Notes under the pieces: model-generated
The model's input: only the letters and a program-made list of their open reading frames with translations
Told to the model about the DNA's origin: nothing
Databases searched by the model: none
Part shown: piece after piece, positions 54,431 through 64,000 of the stretch
Layout of the letters: each line of letters begins with the position of its first letter
Position numbering within the stretch: the first letter of the stretch is position 1
Assembly (NCBI GenBank): GCA_951406725.2
Contig: OX597828.1
Location: 53,196,001-53,260,000 of the forward strand
DNA from: Octopus vulgaris
Taxonomy: Eukaryota
Length of the DNA: 64,000 nucleotides
Reading direction: 5' to 3'
Translations under genes and position numbers: made by a program

Positions 54431-56011
54431 TGTTTCTTTATTAGCCACACAGGGCTGCACACAGATAGAACAAATTACAAGGTAGAGCTTTTCTTTTGAA
54501 GGTTTAAAAAAAAAAAAAAAAAAAAAAAAAGGAAGGGGGAGTTTCGATCAAAAGGGATCGTAAAAGGAGAGAAAGAGGACAAAAAAAAGGGGGTTAAAAA
54601 AAAAGGGGAGAGGAAAAAAAAAAAAAAAAAAAAAATGATCAATAGGGATCGTTATCACAGAAATGTCAATATGAAGTGTAAAGGGGAGGACAGGTGAGGT
54701 TTACCCGTGGAAAGAAAAGCCTACGGAAAAGACCACGGTAACCTCGGTCAATGAAGTCACATTTTATATTTCTTTTTTTTTTTTTTTTTTTTTTGCAAAT
54801 AAGCAACTCTTTGTTTTCGATTTCTGGGTTCATAGGACTATGCTCAAGGTGGCTTCGTCATTCATACGTGCCATTCTTGCTACATTCACCCATCTTTTTT
54901 TAAAACATTCGCTAGACAAAACTTGCCTCTCTACTCTCACTTTCCTTTTCAAGTGGTACTTGAAGAAGTTGATGAGAGATTGACCAGAGAGGAAAGTGTT
55001 TGTCTCCAATCCTTTCAGACGCGTCCACCAGATACATTCCTTCGCCATAGCCACAAGGATGATGAAAATAGCTCTTCCTTCCCGTTTGAAGGAAGGAGGC
55101 GTGACAATATTGACGATAGACTCAGCTGATAAACCGACTCGTCCCACACGTGACAGCAGTTGTTCGACATAAGCCCACAGGTCGGAAATTGTTGGACACT
55201 GAACGAGTGCGTGCAGAACGGTTTCGTCGCTCTGACCGCATCTCGGGCAGGTCGGCCCCGTGTTTCTCGAGCCGTGTCTGTAGAGCTTATCCCGAACGGG
55301 TAGCGCTTCTCGGTAGCACTGCCAGGCCAGGGATCTCTGGAAGTTGTCCATGGGCCCTGGCCCGAAAGTCGTCCTGAACAGGCGGGTCAGGTACTCCTCG
55401 TCGACGTCCAGGTTCGCCCCGAGCTCGTCGTCGTACCTCCCCTCCACTAAACCCCTATAGAATGCTTTGGTTGTGTTGAAGTCACTTAAGGTCGACCCAG
55501 GACGGCAGAGTTGCTTGAGAGCAACGCGACACTCGCGGTGCCATTCGCCCTTCCTCGGCCTCTTTTTGATCCACGACTGCAGTTCGGTCATGGAGACGAG
55601 CTGCGGGAAAGCGTGCCTCACAAACGGCGACCACACCTGTTCACCGTCGTCTACATAGAGCCAGAGATGTCGCAGTCTCAGCGCGTGTCTGCGCATCATC
55701 AACCACGGCATGCCCAGCCCTCCTTTTAACGGGTGTTGACAGCAAATGGATCGCCTGACCATCGGGACGCATCCTTTCCACAAGAAGCGAAAGAGGATGC
55801 GTTGTAGTTTGGTGATGGTAGGGTCGGGACAAGGTACGACGGTCAGGCGGTAGTAGATGACGGACGCGATGTACGTGTTCGCCACCTCCGCTCGACCTTT
55901 TAGGGACAGTTTCCTCTCGGCCCATTGCCGGGCGAGAGTGACCACCCTACTCGTTATCTCGTTCCAGTTCTTCTCCACTTGGAGGTCCGGACCAAACCAG
56001 ACCCCGAGCAG
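54431..56011 (-). mobile_element. Young 5'-truncated L1/Tx1-clade LINE inserted in a (GATA)n tract
   Basis: Uninterrupted ORF2 C-terminus plus 400-bp 3' UTR ending AATAAAGAAACA; (GATA)n on both flanks. Confidence 0.92.
54830..56011 (-). CDS. LINE ORF2 C-terminal part (post-RT thumb region and CCHC zinc finger); no start codon
   Basis: LGVWFG..W..RKLSLKGRAEVANTYIAS..FRFLW..PLKGGLGMP..LPVRDKL..CPRCGQSDETVLHALVQC, typical of Tx1/L1 ORF2. Confidence 0.88.
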   Translation of the reverse strand: MLGVWFGPDLQVEKNWNEITSRVVTLARQWAERKLSLKGRAEVANTYIASVIYYRLTVVPCPDPTITKLQRILFRFLWKGCVPMVRRSICCQHPLKGGLGMPWLMMRRHALRLRHLWLYVDDGEQVWSPFVRHAFPQLVSMTELQSWIKKRPRKGEWHRECRVALKQLCRPGSTLSDFNTTKAFYRGLVEGRYDDELGANLDVDEEYLTRLFRTTFGPGPMDNFQRSLAWQCYREALPVRDKLYRHGSRNTGPTCPRCGQSDETVLHALVQCPTISDLWAYVEQLLSRVGRVGLSAESIVNIVTPPSFKREGRAIFIILVAMAKECIWWTRLKGLETNTFLSGQSLINFFKYHLKRKVRVERQVLSSECFKKRWVNVARMARMNDEATLSIVL

Positions 56012-56037
56012 TAGATAGATAGATAGATAGATGGATG

Positions 56038-56159
<122 letters not shown>

Positions 56160-56616
56160 AAATGAACGTCATTCATGCCTGTAGAACATTGGTAAGATGT
56201 TGCGTAACTTTGCATAGCATTCCTTTTTCCAAATGTGTGTGCGCACGTGCACTCACGTGTATTTTTGGTAGTTTCAAATATCGGGGCAAGGCCAGCGCTT
56301 TCGTGGGAGAGTATAAGTCGATTACAAAAACCACAGTGCTCCACTGTACTTATTTTATTGAACCCGAAAAGGTGAAACGCTAAGTCGACCTCGGCGGAAT
56401 TTGAACTCAGAATATCGCCCTATTTTATTTGATGATGCTCACTCAATGATTTTATTGGTCTCCATTTCTCGAGCAACAAATTACAGGACCTAAACATAAA
56501 CACCAACATGAGGCCCAGACTTATTGACCAATATAAAATCAAAATACGCACACACACACACACACACAAACACAAAAAAATAATTAAGCAAACACTAAGT
56601 GTAAAATAAAAAATAT

Positions 56617-57020
56617 AGGCGCAGGAGTTGCTGTGTGGTAAGTAGCTTGCTTTACCAACCACATGGTCCCGGTTTCAGTCCCACTGCGTGGCACCTTGGG
56701 CAAGTGTCTTCTACTATAGTCTCGGGCCGACCAAAGCCTTGTAAGTGGATTTGGTAGAAGGAAACTGAAAGAAGCTCATAGTATATATATATATGTATAC
56801 ATGTGTGTTTGTTTGTGTCTGTGTTTGTCCCCACACCATCACTTGACAACCGATGGGGGTGTGTTTACGTCCCCGTAACTTAGCGGTTCGGCAAAAGAGT
56901 CCGGTAGAATAAGTACTTGGCTTACAAAGGATAAGCCCTGAGGTTGATTTGTTCGACTAAAGTCGGTGCACCAGCATGGGGGCAGTCAAATTACTGAAAC
57001 AAGTAAAAGAGATAAAAGAA
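56617..57020 (+). mobile_element. SINE family B, full length
   Basis: Colinear with 53724-54135. Confidence 0.88.
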
Positions 57021-57151
57021 TAGATAGTCTAAGTCTTAGGTTTGAGGATTCGCAAGGGACGGCCTTAACCTTTCTCAGAAAAAGAAAGATAGAAACGCAG
57101 CAAGGCACGGAAAGGGAAGGGGTGTGATAGTGTTGGTGGTATACACACACA

Positions 57152-57389
57152 GGCGGCGAGCTGGCAGGATCGTTAGCACACCGGGCAAAATGCTTAGCCG
57201 TATTTCGTCTGCCACTACGTTCTGAGTTCAAATTCCGCCGAGGTCGACTTTGCCTTTCATATTTTCGAGGTCGATAAATTATGTATCAGTTACGCATTGG
57301 GGTCGATATAATCGACCCCAATAATCGACCGTTTGTCTATCCTTGTTTGTTCCCTCTGTGTTTAGCCCCTTGTGGGTAGTAAAGAAACA
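57152..57389 (+). mobile_element. SINE family A, full length, LINE-like tail, TSD beginning GGTATA
   Basis: GGTATACACACACA before the head (57138) and GGTATATACACACA after the tail (57390). Confidence 0.88.
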
Positions 57390-58789
57390 GGTATATACAC
57401 ACACACACACACACACAAACACACACAAGCAGACACACACACAAGCAGACACACATATATGCATATGCGCTTATACAGGAGTGCATACGATCATGTGTGT
57501 ATGTCTGTTTGAACTTGTGTTAATCTACCCGTTTCTCGCGTACGTCTACCCGCTGTACATCGTCACACCACACCCACCCTACATTTCGGGTTTCCCCCAC
57601 ACACACACCCACTTGTTAGAATGTTCTCCCACACTTGCTCATCCCGTTACATAGACCCGCCACCGCCACCTCGCCCACCACCAACAACCATCTCTCTCTC
57701 ATCACACCCTTAACATCTCACCCACGTCTCTGCTTACTCCTACCCTGCATCTTTATGGAGCCATCTCTTACCATCCCTTACCTCTGCCACCCCAACACCA
57801 TAACATACTTTATTTTTTATTGCTTCTTTTCTTTTTTTTTTGTAGATGTTATTGTTTGCTTGATATATTTTTTATTAGGGGTGGGACGGGTGGAGTCGAG
57901 TTACATCTCGTCTTACGGTGTCACTGGTTGGCATGAGTCTGCAGACGGTAAGTTAGAGGAAAGGGCGGAGATGGTGTGGTGGTGGTGGTGGTGGTGGTGG
58001 TGGTGGTGGTGGTGGTGGGCGGTGGTGATGTTGGTGGTGGTGGTGGTTGTGATGGAGGTGGTGGTGGTGATGGCGGCGGCGGTGGTGATGTTGGTGGTGG
58101 TGGTGGTGGTGGTGGTGGTGGTGGTGGTGGTTTTGGTGGTAGTAGTGGAGATGGTGGCGGCGGCTGGGACGCTAATAGTATAATAGTATAATGTGTATGG
58201 GTGGTGGAGATGGAGGCTGAAGAACTTCTAAGAATAGTAGTGGTTGTGGTGGTGATGATGGTGGTGGTTGTGATGGCGGGGATTATAGTGGCTGTGGTGG
58301 TAGTTGTGGTAGTGGTGGTTGTTGTGGTACTAGAATGGTTAGGTACTAGAATTGGTGATTGTAGCAGTGCTGGTGCGGTTGCAGATAGTAGTAGTAGTAG
58401 TTGTTTTGGTGGTGGTGATGTCATAATGAAGATGGTGTCGTGGTAGAGGTTTCAGGAGCCAGTGACGGTTTAGTAGTGGCGGTGGTAGTAAGATGGTGAA
58501 GCTGTCGGCTGTTTGGTTGTTGATGGTTATTGTTTACCCTAATCGAAAGACAAAGCTATGATTCCATTATATACTATCAAGTATATTAAGTCACTACCGT
58601 GTCGTGATACCAGTGTGCACTGCTAACACGGTAGGACACGGTTTTTGGCTTATAAAAACGAATATGATATTTTATATTATGGTTGCATTGCGAAATAGCG
58701 CTCCCTTACAAGTCATTAATATTAAAGCTATGGTAACTAGGTTGAGGAAAAATATTCGTGCGCCGTGTTGAAATAATGGTTTTAATGCA

Positions 58790-59274
58790 AGAATTTAACC
58801 AAAAATAACAACAGCTATTCCTCAAAATAAAGACCATCATTTTGCGCGACTTTCTGCCAACGATCTGCAAGCTTTCGGATTTGGTAAAAATATCAATCCT
58901 TCGGCTTTGAATCGAAAAATTCTTGACAAGTTTCTTCGATTTCATCGAATGACTCAAATCGGTGACCTTTCATATAGTGTTGCATTGATCGAAAGAAACC
59001 GTAGTCAGATGGAGCAACGTCTGGACTATAGACTGGATGCAGCAGAACTTCTACACTGTCCACTTCTTCTGTCTTGTTGCTGGTCTTTCTGGTGGTATGT
59101 GGCTTTGCATTTTCTTGTTGAAACAAACGGCATTTTCGGCGAACAAGTCTTGGATACTTTTCAACAGTGAGTCACCATTGAACATAACATGAACTGAATG
59201 AACACACACGCCACAAAAATATATAAAAAAAAAACATTATTGTAACACGGCGCATGAACTTTTTCCACAACCTA
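58790..59274 (-). mobile_element. mariner remnant (catalytic region and one TIR)
   Basis: FQQENAKPHT..LLHPVYSPDVAPSDYGFFRSMQH; TIR-like GAACTTTTTCCACAACCTAA|TA. Confidence 0.85.
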
Positions 59275-59289
59275 ATATTTCGTCGGTGT

Positions 59290-59460
59290 AGGCGCAGAGT
59301 GGCTGTGTGTTAAGTAGCTTGCTAACCAACCACATGGTTCTGGGTTCAATCCCACTGCGTGGCATCTTGGGCAAGTGTCTTCTGCTATAGCCCCGGGCCG
59401 ACCAATGCCTTGTGAGTGGATTTGGTAGACGGAAACTGAAAGAAGCCTGTCGTATATATT

Positions 59461-59499
<39 letters not shown>

Positions 59500-59738
59500 A
59501 TGTGTGTGTCTGTGTTTGTGTGTCTGTGTTTGTCCCCCTAGCATTGCTTGACAACCGATACTGGTGTGTGTTTACGTCCCCGTCACTTAGCGGTTCGGCA
59601 AAAGAGACCGATAGAATAAGTACTGGGCTTACAAAGAATAAGTCCCGGGGTCGATTTGCTCGACTAAAGGCGGTGCTCCAGCATGGCCGCAGTCAAATGA
59701 ATGAAACAAATAAAAGAGTAAAAAAGAGTAAAAGAGTA
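59290..59738 (+). mobile_element. SINE family B, full length
   Basis: Best-preserved copy; (AAAAGAGT)n tail. Confidence 0.9.
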
Positions 59739-60072
59739 GGAGTATCGTAGATTTCAAGAACCTTTGATCTGTTTTAAAAAGAAGATATAAGACTGTCAAG
59801 TGAATTGGATTTGTGTGTTATTTCTTGCATGTTAAACTACGGAGAAAACGCACCTCATTGGTAATAGAGATAAGAAAGATTGGTATTGGTGGAGCATATG
59901 TGAAGACAGAATGGACTAAACAGAACAGTGGGATGGAGAGTAGCTGAAGAGGCTACAGGATGTGTGAGGAAAGATTTCCAAAGGATATAAAATAAGAACA
60001 ATGACAACAAAAATAAATCTGCAGTGAAGGACGTATATTTATCCCGAAATATAATAACATATATACATATTG

Positions 60073-60123
<51 letters not shown>

Positions 60124-61072
60124 AATAAAATATATGCATATATATAAACATATATGTACGTACCTACCTCTACATGTACATATACACGCATATATGTGTA
60201 CAGGACACCAAAAAGACGTCGAACACATAGAGAGACGAAAAACATAGACACAAACCAAGGAACAAGACAGGCAAAAAAAAGAGAGATACAGGACAATAAG
60301 CACAACGAAAAATCCCCTTCTTCAGTCGCTAAAGTTTCATCTACTAAACGTTTCGAAGGATAAAAGCGAGACGTATACTTCGAATGAAAAATTCCTTCCT
60401 GCGAAAAGCAAATCAATTAAAATTCTGAGATCTTTTCGCAGAGGGGTAAAAAAAGCAAGACGGTAACGACAGTACAAACATATAAACAGTAAAAAATATA
60501 TATAAAACAGTGGAAAAATAAATATATAACAGTGAGAGACAGGACAAGGAGAACAAGATAAGAAGGGCTGTTAACGCCAGACGAAAAAAGTATTGCAAAC
60601 GCTGGATTATAGTGGACGACGAGAGAGGAAGATGTCGACCAGTGGCCTTAGAAGGCGGGCGAGAAAGGACAGGATAGCAGTTACGACGGAAGTGTCGTCG
60701 CAGATGGACGACGGGAATGGGGGAGGAGGAGCAAGAGGAAGAGAGAGAAGGGGAATGGTGCGAGGAGACCATGAAGAACAGTGAGGGGGAGAGAGAGAGG
60801 AAGAGACAAGTTAAGTGAGGGAAAAAAGACGAAAAAGGGAATGGGAGAGAAAGAAAGAAAGATGCAGAGTCGCGTGAGAGTTAATATCAAGGCGAACTTG
60901 ATAAACAGAACAATCTTACTTAATAGGGTGCGTGCGTTTAGTCGTATAATATGTTAATAAAATATATGCATATATATAAACATATATGTACGTACCTACC
61001 TCTACATGTACATATACACGCATATATGTGTACAGGACACCAAAAAGACGTCGAACACATAGAGAGACGAAA

Positions 61073-61111
<39 letters not shown>

Positions 61112-61174
61112 TACATACATATAAATTTGACATGGGGGCGAGAGATTGAGATAGATTGATAGATAGATATAAGC

Positions 61175-61361
61175 GCTGACGTAGCTGTGTGGTAATAAGT
61201 TTGCTTCCCGACCACATGGTTCCGGGTTCAGTCCCCCTGCGTGGTACCTTGGGCTGGTGTCTTCTATAGCCTCGGGCCGACCAAATCCTTGTGAGTGGAT
61301 TAGGTAGACGGAAACTGAAAGAAGACCATCGAAAATATGTATGTGTCAATATATGTATGTG

Positions 61362-61444
<83 letters not shown>

Positions 61445-61570
61445 TCTGTGTCTGTGTGTGTCTTTGTGTCTGTATTTGTCCTCTCCACCGCTTCACAACC
61501 GGTGTTGGCGTGTTTACGACTCTTAACAGTTCGGCAAAAGAGATAGATACATTAAGTACCAGGCTTAAAG
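61175..61570 (+). mobile_element. SINE family B, 3'-truncated
   Basis: Colinear with 59290-59630, with an expanded internal (TG)n. Confidence 0.82.
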
Positions 61571-61847
61571 AGAGTCGATGTATATATATATATATATATA
61601 TCAAGATTTAGTTGAATAAGGAACTTAAAGTTAAGGTACCTGGTTAGGTCACAATAAAATGCAAACCCAACTATTATGAACGAATACAAACATCGGTACA
61701 GAAGTACTGGGAGAATTGATATTCGGGTATTGTACACAATTTATTGAGCCCAGTTATGAAAACGGCTTTTGATAATGACATAATGTATTCATTGATCATT
61801 TAAAAATTCCTTAGAAACGGCTGTAAGGAATTGACACCTATCCATCA

Positions 61848-61888
<41 letters not shown>

Positions 61889-62192
61889 CATATGCAAAGA
61901 GGGAGGGAGATCTCAGAAGTTAATAGTCACCCACCTTATATCGATTTTCCGTTCAGAATTTGTCTGGTCTCTAGACTTGTTAATGTAATATGCACCAGAC
62001 GTATCCACTAAGTACTAGAGTATGTATTTAAATGCATCAAATGACATTATATTGTCACTAGAAATAAATATTCCGAAAATAACTCTGCCTACTTTTGCGA
62101 TATCTGTGTACATATGAATGTGTGCATGTGTATGTATGTGTATATGGCTTTGTCTCTGTGTGAGTGTATGTATCGTACATATGTATATGTAT

Positions 62193-62240
<48 letters not shown>

Positions 62241-62393
62241 CATATATATATATTTTATATATATATATATACGTATATATATGTATATATGTATATGTGT
62301 ATATGTATATGTATATATGTATGTATATACATATATATGTGTGTGTGTCGTTGTATATATACATATATGTATATACATACATACATACATACA

Positions 62394-62509
<116 letters not shown>

Positions 62510-62888
62510 AAGCACGCCGCCGAAATTGACTCATGCCTGAATATGCATTAGGTCGATCATGCCTGTAGTCAATGAAAGCCGAAGAAGTGAATGAACTAAA
62601 GGATTTCTTTTTACATATTTCCATATATTATGGCGTGTATTACATAATATTGTATGAATTGCATAACCTTGTATGAGGTTTGGAACGAAAATTATTGTCC
62701 GTTTACGGGAACAATTGTAATGTCGATTTTAAATTATAAGTTTGATATATATTTATATATTATAGATAAACAGACAAACAGACAGACAGACAATTAGATA
62801 CAAACATCCGCACACCCAGAGAATGAGATAGATAGTTGGATAGGTGAATATATAGATAGATAAACAGAAAGACCGAGAGCTAGCTAAC

Positions 62889-62974
<86 letters not shown>

Positions 62975-64000
62975 AAGATTAACAAGATGGATGAATGAGT
63001 AATGTTTGAAATTCTTTAAGAACAGTGAGAAAGAATGAAGACAGGAAATGACTGATAAAGGCAGAAATCTTTGGGTGAAGCTACTAGGAGAAGAAATATA
63101 AAGAGAGATGGAGGAAAGAGAGATAGAGAGACACGTGAGAAATTTTGAGAGAAGTGTATGATGAATATGAAGAATGAATGATAAAAATAAAGGGATTGAT
63201 AGTGAAGATGTTAAGAGAGAGAGAGAGAGAGAGAGAGAGTGTGTGTGTGAGATAAAGAAAGGAGAACGAAAGACTAATATGAAGAGTAACTTGTATGAGC
63301 GAGAAAGAAAGAAGAGAAAGCAAATAAAAGAAAAGTTTAAAGGGAGACACAAAGAAAAGGGAAGGACAAGGAACGGGTAAGAAAAGAGAACTCTAAGGCA
63401 AAAGAGAAAATGATACAGATGTGAAAAAAGATAGAATGAAATGAGTAGAGATTAAGATTTAGAGAAAGAGAGGAGGTGATTGGAGGAGGTAGCAGAGTTA
63501 AGAGTTATTAATTGCCTTAATATAGAGGCAGATAGGTTTGAAGCGATTAAAACGTTTGGTTTTTAAAATTTGATTTGATGCAACAACAATAACAACAGCA
63601 AACAATGATAACACAAGCAACAACGGTAGCAAGAACAACAGCTAACGATAGCAGCAGCACAAGCCACAACACCATCAGTAGCAACGACAATAACAACAAC
63701 AACAACAACAGCAACAACAGCAATGGCAAGAATAGTAACAACGGTAACAAAAACAAAAACTTTACCAATCGTAACAACAGCAGCAATGATAACAACACTA
63801 AAAACAGTGACATGGAAGGGAGGCAACGAATACAGTTACTACAACGGTAACTACAACAGCAGCAGCAGCAGCAGTAGCAGCAGCAGTAGCAGCAACGATA
63901 GTCACAACAGCAATGACATCAACAACAGAAGTAAATTTGTCATACACAACAACAACAACAACAACAATAAGACAACAGCAGCAGCAACAACAATAATAAA

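Noticed and set aside
57921-58446. Proline/glycine-rich extensin-like ORFs (also at 6.1-6.6 kb and 31 kb)
   Set aside because: Degenerate (GGT/ACC)n microsatellite with no splice or domain support.

Overview
This is a repeat-saturated, AT-rich eukaryotic non-coding window, most likely from an octopus/cephalopod genome (inferred from SINE families and microsatellite load). I cannot support any intact host protein-coding gene, and almost all listed ORFs are microsatellite read-throughs. Real coding signal comes only from transposable elements: L1/Tx1-clade LINE pieces (an RT fragment at 1-590, a young 5'-truncated copy at 54431-56011 and a second 3' end at 30326-30832), a CR1-like RT fragment, a Penelope-like RT+GIY-YIG remnant with its terminal repeat, a pogo/Tigger transposon and two mariner remnants. 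Three tRNA-headed SINE families are abundant. Two signals stand out. (1) A candidate LINE/SINE retrotransposition system: the commonest SINE carries a 3' tail about 80% identical to the Tx1-like LINE 3' end, inserts almost always at a GGT(A/T)T target (confirmed by TSDs), and re-targets a GGTAT site inside itself to build arrays. (2) A dense set of short elements carrying minimal hammerhead ribozymes (HHR) from several unrelated families, including a Penelope terminal-repeat family with a non-canonical CUGUNGA core, inverted-repeat copies, and a tRNA-headed SINE-like element with a hammerhead. All alignments and folds were done by eye.
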